Of a stretch of 64,000 nt of DNA, positions 55,540-64,000 are shown in pieces. The notes under the pieces were generated by a model. That model was not told where the DNA came from and did not search any database. It worked only from the letters and a program-made list of their open reading frames with translations. Position numbers and translations under genes: made by a program. The stretch lies in assembly GCA_965248575.1 (NCBI GenBank), contig CBDFJQ010000002.1, positions 1,088,001 to 1,152,000 on the forward strand. The letters run 5' to 3'. Position 1 is the first letter of the stretch. Each line of letters starts with the position of its first letter. This stretch comes from Planctomycetota bacterium (lineage in GTDB: Bacteria > Planctomycetota > B15-G4).

Positions 55540-57366
55540 TCAACGTGCGTGAACTGACACCCACAGGCTGCGCTTCGCCCCACCCTCAAGAGCAGCGTCC
55601 AACTCCGCGACCACGTGGCGTTGCCCGTCCACGGGAAGCGACGCACGGACATCCGCCAGGGCGAAACTCGGGCGCTCCAAGGAGCCCGGCGCGAAGCTGC
55701 TCAGGCTCACGTCGCTGCGCTCCAACAGGCGCGAGGACGCCACACGGACATCCACCGTCTCTCCGCGCCCATCGGCCGTCACGTGCACCGAAAGCCCATC
55801 AAAGACGGCGGCGAAGAGCGGGGCAGCGAGGGCCGCACCCGTAGCGACATCCGTGCGGAACCCCCGATGCAGGACCAAACTGTCACCGACCACGAGCGAC
55901 CCGCCGCTGCCCGACTCCAACAGCAAGCGCCCCCGTGCGACCTCCTGGATTGCGCCACCTGGTCCCGCGGATTCAGAGACCCCCAACTCAACCACCAAGT
56001 TGCGGCGCTGACCCGTGAACACCTTGAGTGCTTCCAAGCGGCGCGCCAGCATGTCGGGAGCCGCCGCCCACACGGCCCAAGACGCCTGGCTCCAGCCCCA
56101 ACCCTCATACTCCCAGTCGCGTTCGTCGGCCTCCGGACGCAGACCCTGCTCGCAGGCCTCGAGATTGCCCTCCCAGTCGAAGGATTCGGAGGCGGGAAAC
56201 TGATGCGGATCGAACTCGTTCGCGAGCTCGAACAGACCTTCCATGTCCTCTCCATTGCGACCGGCCAGCGTCCTGGCAGACCGCCCATGGACTTCCACCC
56301 TTGGCCAGCGCACGGCAGAGGTGTCCACCACGGCAACGGACACGTCCCCGAACTCCATGGGGCCCGGATCCGGGTCCACGTCCAGCAAGCGCAGGTGCAC
56401 GACCCAGCTTGAACTGCCCTCATGCGTCAGGATCTGACCCACCAGCACCAGCCCCTCCCCCACCGACAGGACGGTGGAGCCGCTGCTTGAGATGCCACTG
56501 ACGATCGGCAAGTCCACCAGCAAGTTGTCGACCTTCAACTCCACGGAGTTGTCCAGCTGCACCATGCTGTGTACACGAAGGGTGTCCTCCAGCATCTGGT
56601 CGAGCCGCGACACGAACACGGCGTGCCGCAGGCGAAGCGCGCTGCTTCCGGGAACGGCCTCCGCGCGGACCGTGAGGTCCAGCCCGGTCTCCATCTCGAC
56701 CAGATCCGGCTCGGCGATCGTCATGTTCTGGGCGATCTCCCCGTCCCAGTGCTTGATCATTGTCGTGGTGTTCAGGGCCTCGATCCGTTCCGTGTTGCCC
56801 AAGAGCACTTGATCCTGCCGTTGGTGCAGCAGGCGTAGCACACCTGACTCAGCCAGAGAGCGCACGCCGCCGCCATCCAGGGAGCCCGGCAGGCCGCGCC
56901 CGGGCATCACCTCGTAGACGTCGAGACCAAGACGAGCCCGTCGGCCAAACGCAGCGCGCACCCCATCAATCAAGCGGGCGATGCGCTCTTGCAGGGCCGG
57001 CGGCCCCACCACCAGCAGACGGCCGTCGTCCATGCGATGAAAGGCCCGTCCCTCATACTCGAAGGCCTCCGGTGCCACGACGTCGTACACGAGAGACTCG
57101 ATCATCTCTCCGAGTTCCAGCTCATCGCTTTCCGCGACATCGCCCGTGCGACGCACGAGCGGCAGCCAGCGGAGCTCCCGCGTGCTCACCACATGGCGCG
57201 GTGCCAGCCCATCGAGATCGTGCAGGACCGCGACGGATGTCTCGTTTGCCGCGTCACTGGCCTCAGAGGCTGCGGGGACCGCAGCCGGCGGCTCCACAGG
57301 GTCTGTCCAGAACAGACCGGACAACAGCACGCACAGGATCCAGGGTGAGGTCAGGGCTGACATCAT
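55540..57366 (-). CDS. Exported protein with two secretin-like beta domains
   Basis: Signal peptide; duplicated blocks DGEIAQNMTIAEPD...GLDLTVR and TDVATGAALAAP...DGLSVHV, each preceded by an N-domain-like segment (LLVVGP..LQERI). Confidence 0.5.
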   Translation of the reverse strand: MMSALTSPWILCVLLSGLFWTDPVEPPAAVPAASEASDAANETSVAVLHDLDGLAPRHVVSTRELRWLPLVRRTGDVAESDELELGEMIESLVYDVVAPEAFEYEGRAFHRMDDGRLLVVGPPALQERIARLIDGVRAAFGRRARLGLDVYEVMPGRGLPGSLDGGGVRSLAESGVLRLLHQRQDQVLLGNTERIEALNTTTMIKHWDGEIAQNMTIAEPDLVEMETGLDLTVRAEAVPGSSALRLRHAVFVSRLDQMLEDTLRVHSMVQLDNSVELKVDNLLVDLPIVSGISSSGSTVLSVGEGLVLVGQILTHEGSSSWVVHLRLLDVDPDPGPMEFGDVSVAVVDTSAVRWPRVEVHGRSARTLAGRNGEDMEGLFELANEFDPHQFPASESFDWEGNLEACEQGLRPEADERDWEYEGWGWSQASWAVWAAAPDMLARRLEALKVFTGQRRNLVVELGVSESAGPGGAIQEVARGRLLLESGSGGSLVVGDSLVLHRGFRTDVATGAALAAPLFAAVFDGLSVHVTADGRGETVDVRVASSRLLERSDVSLSSFAPGSLERPSFALADVRASLPVDGQRHVVAELDAALEGGAKRSLWVSVHAR

Positions 57367-59744
57367 GGCAATTCCTCCGAAGAAAAGCGGGGTCGGGAGT
57401 ACCGAGGTGCCGACGAACGGCTCGGTGTTGGTTTGCGTTCCGAGCCCGTGTCGACACGGGCGATGGCGGCGCTCAGAGGCGCCAGAATCCGGCGTGCAGG
57501 AACAGCGGCTGCAGCGAGTTGCGGCGAGGCGTCCTCCACGACCTCGGACAGCACGCGGGAGTCACCTCCGTGGGCGTTCCAGGCAGCGAAGGCTTCCGTC
57601 GGCGCGATGTGTCCAGCGGCGGCCCAGGCCAACGGCAGCAAGGGCTCATCGGCTGGTTGAGTTTCGATCCAGGCCAGGAGCTGCTGCCCTTCCGCCACCG
57701 TCCCCATGCGGCCCAGGCTCACCAGCAAACCGGAACGGCTGGCGGCGCGTTGGGTCTCGTGCCAGCCGACGCTGCGAGGCGCTCCATCGTTTGCGGCAGA
57801 GTCCATCGGCATCTCATCGAAGCCCCGCAAGGCTCCCACCAAGAGACCCTTGCGTGCGCTGTCGGACAGCGCTTCTGCCAGCTCTACGACGAGCTCGGAG
57901 TCCCGGTACACCAAGGCACCGCCGAACTGCGAGGCCAGGGGCGGGGACGCCTTGAGGACCGACGCGAGAGCCTCCAGGAAGACTGTCGACCGCGAGTGGC
58001 TCGGCGTATCCCGCCACAAGCCGTGCAAGGCTGCGGCCGCTTCAGGTCCCCCAATAGCAACGAGCGCGACGAGAGCAGACTGCGCATTCCGCGCACCGAG
58101 ACCAGGACTCTCAAGTCCTGGCGTCCAGTCCAAGTCTTGCCTCTCATTCTCCAGGCTGCGCACAAGGCTCGGAACGATGCCACGTACGTCAGCGGCAACG
58201 CACCATTCCAGGAGCGTGCTCACGGACCGCCCCTCGCTGAGCAAGTTGTCCACCCGACGAACCGTTGCATCGTCCAAGCGATCCGCATGCTCCAGGAACA
58301 GGGAACGGCAAAGGGTCTCGCGCCACTCGCCAGCTTGGGGCGCGTCCTGCGAGAGTTGCTGCAGCACCCCCAGGGCCCGCTCGGCAGGCCAGAGTGAAGC
58401 CAGCTCCCGCAGCAGGGGTTCGGCCGCCCGCGCGGTCTTGAGGCGTTCCAGCCCGCTCAGCATCTCGTCCGCGAGACGCGCCCAGCTGCGCTCTACCCGT
58501 GACCCCTCGGCCTGCCGCAGCAACGCCAGGGCGTTCGCGCGGCGAGTGTTCCAAGCAGAGTTGTTGGCCACGGGGATCGCTTGGATCGCGAGCCTGGTGT
58601 CGTCGCCTTCGGTCTGCGTCACCCAGTCCCAAAGGGCGCCGGGGAGCACCCGTTTCTCCAGCTCATGCACCAAGGCCCCTGATGTTCCAAGTTGGGGCCC
58701 GAGCCCTGCCGACTCCAGGACGGCCAAGGCGTCGTCCACGTGGGCTTCCAAGGCAAGCGCCCGAGCCAGCACGGAGTAGCCCGCGGCGGATGTGGCCGCG
58801 TGTCGCAATGCGGCCACCCTCGACTCCTGCGAGTCTGCTACCTCCGCGTCCGCTGCCGCCGTGTCCGGCACCGCGAGGGCCAGCCCACGCACCAAGGCGG
58901 ACACCGGCCAGCCCTGCGCCCGCAGGCCTGCGAGCGCATGCTCACACGCCATGCGGAAGCCCTCCTGCCCATGGGGAAACTCTTGATGGGCTGCGAGCAG
59001 CGCCTGACGCACGGTGCCACGCGCGTTCTCCAGGCGCACGGGATCCACAGGTTCCCAGAGCCCCTCGTCCACCTGTGGCAGGACCGTCCGTTCACCCGCG
59101 GTGGCTGAAGCACCCGGCTCGAGCTGGTCGAGCCCCCACGGTGCGTGAGGGCTGAGCTCCCGCTCGGGGCTCTCGTCGACCACAGCCGCTCCCGGCGTGC
59201 CGCCGAGCTCCCCCTGCGGGGACGTTCCGAGGTCAAGATCCCAAAGCGAAGCCAGCCAGGCCACGATGCCCACCATCGCGGCCAGGCCCGTGAGAAAGCG
59301 CAGGGGCATGGCCAGCAACCGTCGCTCCACTCGCGCCTTGGCAGAGGAGCCCTCGCCCGCAGTGCCACTCTCGACCGTCGACGGCGGACTCGCGCTGTCT
59401 TCTGCCAAGCTCGAGGCTTGGATCACCTGCGACACGGCCCTCGGACTCGAGTCGAGCTGCGCCGACGTCCCAGCCTCTGCAACCGAGCCACTTGATGCGA
59501 CCTCGCCAGCATCCACGCGCTCCCACAACGTCTTGAACGCCTGCGCCGTGTCGTCGGCCGCCGGTGTTGCGGGCAGGGAAGCGAGCAACCACTCGTCCAG
59601 CTGCTGTTCCTGCTCGACGCGCGCTCTGCAGCGGGCACACTCAGCCACGTGGCGGTCCACATCGAGGCGACGTTCGCCGCTCAGCTCGCCGAGCAGATAG
59701 CGCTGGAGTCGTGCGGGTCCGGGGTGGCTACGGGGGTCTGTCAT
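57363..59744 (-). CDS. Zinc-finger (ZAS) anti-sigma factor with TM and large helical/HEAT-like periplasmic domain
   Basis: LQRYLLGEL...HVAECARC (HxxxCxxC), a TM segment, ATGA overlap with the ECF sigma gene. Confidence 0.78.
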   Translation of the reverse strand: MTDPRSHPGPARLQRYLLGELSGERRLDVDRHVAECARCRARVEQEQQLDEWLLASLPATPAADDTAQAFKTLWERVDAGEVASSGSVAEAGTSAQLDSSPRAVSQVIQASSLAEDSASPPSTVESGTAGEGSSAKARVERRLLAMPLRFLTGLAAMVGIVAWLASLWDLDLGTSPQGELGGTPGAAVVDESPERELSPHAPWGLDQLEPGASATAGERTVLPQVDEGLWEPVDPVRLENARGTVRQALLAAHQEFPHGQEGFRMACEHALAGLRAQGWPVSALVRGLALAVPDTAAADAEVADSQESRVAALRHAATSAAGYSVLARALALEAHVDDALAVLESAGLGPQLGTSGALVHELEKRVLPGALWDWVTQTEGDDTRLAIQAIPVANNSAWNTRRANALALLRQAEGSRVERSWARLADEMLSGLERLKTARAAEPLLRELASLWPAERALGVLQQLSQDAPQAGEWRETLCRSLFLEHADRLDDATVRRVDNLLSEGRSVSTLLEWCVAADVRGIVPSLVRSLENERQDLDWTPGLESPGLGARNAQSALVALVAIGGPEAAAALHGLWRDTPSHSRSTVFLEALASVLKASPPLASQFGGALVYRDSELVVELAEALSDSARKGLLVGALRGFDEMPMDSAANDGAPRSVGWHETQRAASRSGLLVSLGRMGTVAEGQQLLAWIETQPADEPLLPLAWAAAGHIAPTEAFAAWNAHGGDSRVLSEVVEDASPQLAAAAVPARRILAPLSAAIARVDTGSERKPTPSRSSAPRYSRPRFSSEELP

Positions 59745-60319
59745 GAGTCTTCGAGCTCCCGGCCGAGGCGGCCTCTCAGGTAGGCGCGCGCCTTCACGAG
59801 GTAGACGCGCGCGGAGTGTGGGGTGAGGTCGAGCACGGCACCGATCGCCGCATACTCCATCTCCTCGAACACACGCAGGTGCAACACGGCCTGCTGCTTG
59901 GGCGGCAGCTCCCCCATGACCTCCCGCACCCGGCGCAGCACATCCCGCCGCGCCGAGGCCTCCGCCGGCGACGGGACCTGGCTCACCGGAGCTCGCCGTT
60001 CGTACCCGGCTCGTGTGCTTCGACGCCGGCGCACATCCAGGCAACGGTTGAAGACCACCCGCAGAAACCAAGCGCGCATGTCCTGGACCTGACCCAGGCT
60101 TTCTCGGGTGCTCCAGGTCTTGATCAGCACGTCCTGTACGGCGTCCTCAGCATCCTCATGGCTGCCGAGAATGCGCGTGGCGAGGGCCAGGGCAGCCGCA
60201 TGGTGGGGCCCCAGGAGTGCCTGAAAGGCCCGCCGCTCCGCGTCGAGGCCAGGGCGACCGGTCTCGTCCCGGTCCCCTGATCCTGCGCTGGCTGTGTCGT
60301 TTCGGCGTGTCGTGGTCAT
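59741..60319 (-). CDS. ECF RNA polymerase sigma factor
   Basis: DAEDAVQD, AWFLRVVFNRCLD, LPPKQQAVLHLR..EEMEYAAIG. Confidence 0.92.
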   Translation of the reverse strand: MTTTRRNDTASAGSGDRDETGRPGLDAERRAFQALLGPHHAAALALATRILGSHEDAEDAVQDVLIKTWSTRESLGQVQDMRAWFLRVVFNRCLDVRRRRSTRAGYERRAPVSQVPSPAEASARRDVLRRVREVMGELPPKQQAVLHLRVFEEMEYAAIGAVLDLTPHSARVYLVKARAYLRGRLGRELEDS

Positions 60320-60352
60320 ACCCACCATAGGGGACACCTTTCAGTCCCCAAA

Positions 60353-60376
60353 GACGCTTCCCGCCCCAGAGTGTTA
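60353..60376 (-). promoter_or_regulatory. Putative autoregulatory ECF promoter
   Basis: Minus strand TAAC-N16-CGTC just upstream of the ECF gene, followed by a GGGGAC/GTCCCC hairpin (60330-60349). Confidence 0.45.
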
Positions 60377-60419
60377 ATCGCCCAAACCCCGGATGTGACA
60401 CCGATTTCCGGCAGGAGCC

Positions 60420-61259
60420 CTAGGGCGTCCGATGGACCTTCTGCGCCGAGGCCTGATCCACGGGCTGCAGGGCGAGCTCTTCGATGTTCATGAACGCAGG
60501 CAAGCCAGCCACCCACTCCACGGCTTCCGCCACGTGGTCGCCCGTGAGCGGAGTCATGCCCGCATACACCTTGTCGGAGGCCTCCTGGGACCCCAGACGA
60601 ACGGTGCTGAACTCCGTCTCGACGAGGCCCGGGTTGATGCAGCAAACCTTCACGCCCGACCCCAGGAGTTCCAAACGCAGGGCCTTGGTGATCACCCGCA
60701 CCGACGCCTTGCTCGCGCAGTAGACCGAACCGCCCTCATACGTCTCGATGCCCGCAAGCGAACCCATGTGGATCACATGCCCCCCACCCCGGGCCACCAT
60801 GCCCGGCACGAAGCGCCGCGTGACCCGCAGCAGACCCATGACATTCACCTCGAGCATGGCCTCCCAGTCCGCCTCGTCCTCGGCGGTTGCGGTGGGAATC
60901 CGTGCGACGCCACGGGCCACTCCAGCGTTGTTGACCAGCAGGTGGATGCCGGACGGGCCACCAACAGCCGTTGCGAACTCCTCCGCCGCCTGGCTGAAGG
61001 CCTGCACCGAAGCGGACTGGGTCACGTCCAAGGAATGGGCAAGGCACTGGACACCATGAGCGCCCGAGAGTTCGGCGCTGAGTGATTTCAGACGTTGCTC
61101 GCGGCGCGCGCCGAGCACCAGGTGCATCCCCCTGGCTGCGAGCCGTCTGGCGACGAACTCACCAATGCCCGCTGAGGCGCCCGTGATCACCGCCACACGT
61201 CCCCGCAATTCGAAGGCCGTGTCGGCCGGGCCTGGCGACGAAGTCTTGCGCGTACTCAT
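60420..61259 (-). CDS. SDR oxidoreductase (YdfG-like)
   Basis: TGASAGIG, NNAG, YCASK, PGLVETEFS. Confidence 0.9.
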   Translation of the reverse strand: MSTRKTSSPGPADTAFELRGRVAVITGASAGIGEFVARRLAARGMHLVLGARREQRLKSLSAELSGAHGVQCLAHSLDVTQSASVQAFSQAAEEFATAVGGPSGIHLLVNNAGVARGVARIPTATAEDEADWEAMLEVNVMGLLRVTRRFVPGMVARGGGHVIHMGSLAGIETYEGGSVYCASKASVRVITKALRLELLGSGVKVCCINPGLVETEFSTVRLGSQEASDKVYAGMTPLTGDHVAEAVEWVAGLPAFMNIEELALQPVDQASAQKVHRTP

Positions 61260-61277
61260 CCTGAGTTGCTCCCTGGT

Positions 61278-61310
61278 GTCAGGCGCCGGGTGGTCAGGCG
61301 CCGGGTGGTC
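61278..61310. repeat. 15-bp tandem duplication
   Basis: GTCAGGCGCCGGGTG x2 plus GTC, in the intergenic gap. Confidence 0.8.
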
Positions 61311-61327
61311 GGGCTTCAGGCCGTCGG

Positions 61328-62740
61328 TCAGGCGGGCGAGACTCCCCGGAACTTACCGAACGAGCAGAAGTCGTGGGGCCTCGCCCACTGCCGGAAGCTG
61401 CGCCGCAGCTGCCGGTTCGGCGTCGCCCAGGAGGCTCCGAGCCGGACGACGTGTTCTTCGTCTTGAGTGGCGGCGGCCAGCTCCGGCAGCTGGCCCACCC
61501 TTGAGGAGATCGACCCTCCGCCGGAGTCGGAACCGGTGCCAACACCCGCGCCACCAAAGGCAACGTGCTTCCTGAACGCTGAGCCTGTCCACTCCCAGCC
61601 GTTGCCCACGAGTTCCAAGATCCCGAACGCACTGGCACCCCCGGGATGAGTGCCGACCGGCATCGGGGTTCCACTCAAGGAGTTGAAGTTGCCGTGCTCT
61701 GGCGCCGGGCTCGCGTCCCCCCAGGGGTGGCAACGCAATCCGCCTTCCGGTGTTCCGTAGGCAGCCCACACGGATTCCGCCTCTGTGGGCAGGCGCTGCC
61801 CGCGCCACGACAGAAACGCGCTGGCCTCGGCCCAGCTCACGAAGGCCGGCCAATCGAAAACCCGGGTCAGCGGAAGGTCCTCGTGCAATCCACGGCAGAA
61901 CCAGTCTCCCCCATCGCGGCGCCAGGACCGGGGACACGTCAGCTGCTGAGCCTGCAGGCTGCGCCAGGCCACTGTGGTCCAGGGCGCTGGGTCCGAGTAG
62001 CCCCCAGCGCTGACGAACTCGAAGAACTCACCGTTCATGATGGGCGTGCGGTCCATGCGGAAGGGCGCGACCGTCTCCGCGCGCTCCGGCACTTCGTGAC
62101 TCCAGAGATAGGAGCGCTGCACGGGCTCGGCGCCCAACACCACCCGACCGCCGGGGATCAGCATGCTGCGAGGAGCGCTCGCGGGGTCGAAACATGGGCT
62201 CGAGGCACTCACCACCTGGCGCTTGAGTGCGGGCTCGAGACAGGTCGCCATCTGCGCCAAGCTCTCTTGGTGGATCAGCTCGTGTTCGATCACGGCGTGC
62301 AGGATCAGTTCGGCTGGGGACAGGCCAGGGCCCTCTCCCACGGAGGCGCCGGACCCGGCACAGGACGAACCGATGGCCGAGCGCATGACCGTCCGCACCT
62401 CGTCGCGGTAGGCCAGGACCTCCTCAGGCCGCGGCCAGGCATCGCAGGACGCGCGCTCGTCGCGCTCGGTGGCCGACTGGACGCCCCCTGCCTTGGACAC
62501 TGGCGGCCGGAGGAAGAGATCGTCGAGGTCTGGGCGCGCCGACGCTCCCACGATGTCCGCCAGCCCCGACTGGAGTTCGCGCCAGGCAAAGGCCGGCAGA
62601 TGCCCCAAGTAGTAGAGGAAGGGAGGGCGCTCGGCGTCTGGGCGGGCCAGCAGGGCTTCGGGCTGCAGGCCGGCGAAGAGGGCGTCCGTTCGGCGCCACG
62701 TCTGCTCTAGCTCACCGACCAGCGACTTCGCTTCACTCAT
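61328..62740 (-). CDS. DinB + FGE-sulfatase domain protein, EgtB/Egt1/OvoA sulfoxide-synthase homolog
   Basis: FLYYLGHLPAF, EHELIHQE, VSWAEA.AF..W...RLPTEAE, GNGWEWT, GASWAT, RSFR. Confidence 0.78.
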   Translation of the reverse strand: MSEAKSLVGELEQTWRRTDALFAGLQPEALLARPDAERPPFLYYLGHLPAFAWRELQSGLADIVGASARPDLDDLFLRPPVSKAGGVQSATERDERASCDAWPRPEEVLAYRDEVRTVMRSAIGSSCAGSGASVGEGPGLSPAELILHAVIEHELIHQESLAQMATCLEPALKRQVVSASSPCFDPASAPRSMLIPGGRVVLGAEPVQRSYLWSHEVPERAETVAPFRMDRTPIMNGEFFEFVSAGGYSDPAPWTTVAWRSLQAQQLTCPRSWRRDGGDWFCRGLHEDLPLTRVFDWPAFVSWAEASAFLSWRGQRLPTEAESVWAAYGTPEGGLRCHPWGDASPAPEHGNFNSLSGTPMPVGTHPGGASAFGILELVGNGWEWTGSAFRKHVAFGGAGVGTGSDSGGGSISSRVGQLPELAAATQDEEHVVRLGASWATPNRQLRRSFRQWARPHDFCSFGKFRGVSPA

Positions 62741-62991
62741 GTGCAGCTCCTGCATGTGCAGCTCTTGCCCTGGACTGGTACTGGTGCTGGCCTTGATTGG
62801 CTTGGCCTGCGCCTTGCCGAATCGCAACGGGCGCCTGCCGCAGCCGGATCCAACCCATGCTCCCGAGAATAGGAGATTCAAACCCCGATCGTGAGCGCCT
62901 AGATTGTGGAATGCACGGCCCGCCGCACCGCTGGGATGACATTGGCCCTGGGATTGCCCAGGATGAATGCCCTTCTCACGCGAGGCGCCCC

Positions 62992-63744
62992 ATGACGGAC
63001 GACAGCCCCAGCCCGACCGACGACTCCGAGGCCGCGCGACCCGCCCGACGGCTCGGAGTGGACTACGAGTCCGAGTCGCTGGAGCGCAGTACGTATGTCA
63101 TGGCCGTGGTGCATATGTACCGAGGCGAAGTGGCCCGGGCGAACGCCTGGCGCATGCGCCTGGACCAGACCACGAACTGGGCCATCTTCGTCACGGCGAG
63201 TGCGTTGGGTTTCGCGTTCAACAACAAGGACGCCTCACACTTCAGTCTGCAGTTCGCCAACGTGCTGCTGTTCTTCCTGCTGACCTTCGAGGCGCGTCGC
63301 TTCCGGTTCTTCGATGTGTGGAGGGCGCGCGTCCGCAAGGTGGAGACCAACTTCTTCGCTCCCATCCTGCGTCGGAACCTGTCCTCACCGGAGTCCGACT
63401 GGGCGCGTCAGGTGGCCACGGATCTCGACGAGCCCCATTTCCATCTGACGCGGCTCCAGGCCATGCGCAGCCGCCTCGTGCGCAACTACCTGCCCATCTT
63501 CGGTGTGGTCTTCGTCGCCTGGTTGATCAAGCTGGACATCCACCCTGTCCCCACCACTTCCTTCGACGAACTCTATGAGCGCTGCGCGGTGGGCATGTTC
63601 CCCAGCTGGGCAACGCTAGGGCTGATGGGCGCGTTCTACCTGGCCTTGCTCAACATCCTGTTGTTCGGCAGACCTCATGCACGCAGGGCCGGCCTCGACA
63701 ACTGGGACATCGGCGAGATCATCGGAGAAGAAAGCTTGCCGTAG
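62992..63744 (+). CDS. DUF2270 family membrane protein
   Basis: HMYRGEV.RAN.WR.RLDQTTNWA, EARRFRFFDVWRARVR. Confidence 0.85.
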   Translation: MTDDSPSPTDDSEAARPARRLGVDYESESLERSTYVMAVVHMYRGEVARANAWRMRLDQTTNWAIFVTASALGFAFNNKDASHFSLQFANVLLFFLLTFEARRFRFFDVWRARVRKVETNFFAPILRRNLSSPESDWARQVATDLDEPHFHLTRLQAMRSRLVRNYLPIFGVVFVAWLIKLDIHPVPTTSFDELYERCAVGMFPSWATLGLMGAFYLALLNILLFGRPHARRAGLDNWDIGEIIGEESLP

Positions 63745-63759
63745 AACGGCTGCGAGGCC

Positions 63760-63999
63760 TCAGACCTTGGGGCGCCGCGCCTGGTTGGAGCTGGCCGGGA
63801 CGCCTGTGGTTCCGTTTGAGAACTGGCTCGGATCGTTGGCGTACTGCAGCGCAACCTCCTGGGACACGAGACCCTTGGAGACGAGCCATGCCAAGTGCTT
63901 CTCCAGCGTGACCATGCGCTCCTTGGCAGACAGCTGCATGGTGGCGTAGATCTGGTGCCATGCGCCCGTGCGGATCAGGTTGCTGATCGACGAGATGTT
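63760..63999 (-). CDS. Type IV pilus retraction ATPase PilT/PilU, C-terminal fragment (runs off the window)
   Basis: Frame reads NISSISNLIRTGAWHQIYATMQ...MVTLEKHLAWLVSKGLVSQEVAL, an AIRNLIRE-like C-terminus; not in the ORF track. Confidence 0.78.
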   Translation of the reverse strand, partial: NISSISNLIRTGAWHQIYATMQLSAKERMVTLEKHLAWLVSKGLVSQEVALQYANDPSQFSNGTTGVPASSNQARRPKV

Positions 64000-64000
64000 C

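Noticed and set aside
1..64000. KOPS (GGGNAGGG) polarity as support for the dif call
   Set aside because: The few copies spotted occur in both orientations on both sides, so they are uninformative by eye.

Overview
GC-rich, gene-dense bacterial chromosomal segment. Gene content suggests an uncultured Planctomycetota-like organism (inference): a eukaryote-type UDP-GlcNAc pyrophosphorylase, an ECF sigma with a HEAT-like anti-sigma, secretin-like repeat proteins, a sulfatase-like protein and a multiheme lipoprotein. It holds about 56 credible CDSs, three tRNAs (Leu-CAG, Leu-CAA, Val-CAC) and tmRNA with smpB. The housekeeping core is menaquinone late steps (ubiE/ubiX/ubiA-like), holA-like, mutL, recA, alaS, rpmF-plsX-fabHDG-acpP-fabF, ddl and dapB. 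No transposase, integrase, prophage or CRISPR array is visible. The best candidate for an undescribed system is at 34.2-38.4 kb. There an SGNH/DltD-like protein and an AlgI/DltB-type MBOAT ending in the DltX-like FIYFQF tyrosine motif sit beside a dedicated second ACP and a LnmK-type double-hotdog acyltransferase/decarboxylase, with no PKS/NRPS in the window. This suggests a Dlt-like envelope acylation relay charged by a polyketide-type loading enzyme. Other leads are a dif-like site at 48796-48823 where gene orientation flips, a sulfoxide-synthase homolog lacking the catalytic-Tyr motif, an ECF/anti-sigma/tandem secretin-like operon, and a degenerate-nucleotidase/tetraheme lipoprotein. All family calls come from motif recognition by eye; no database searches were run.
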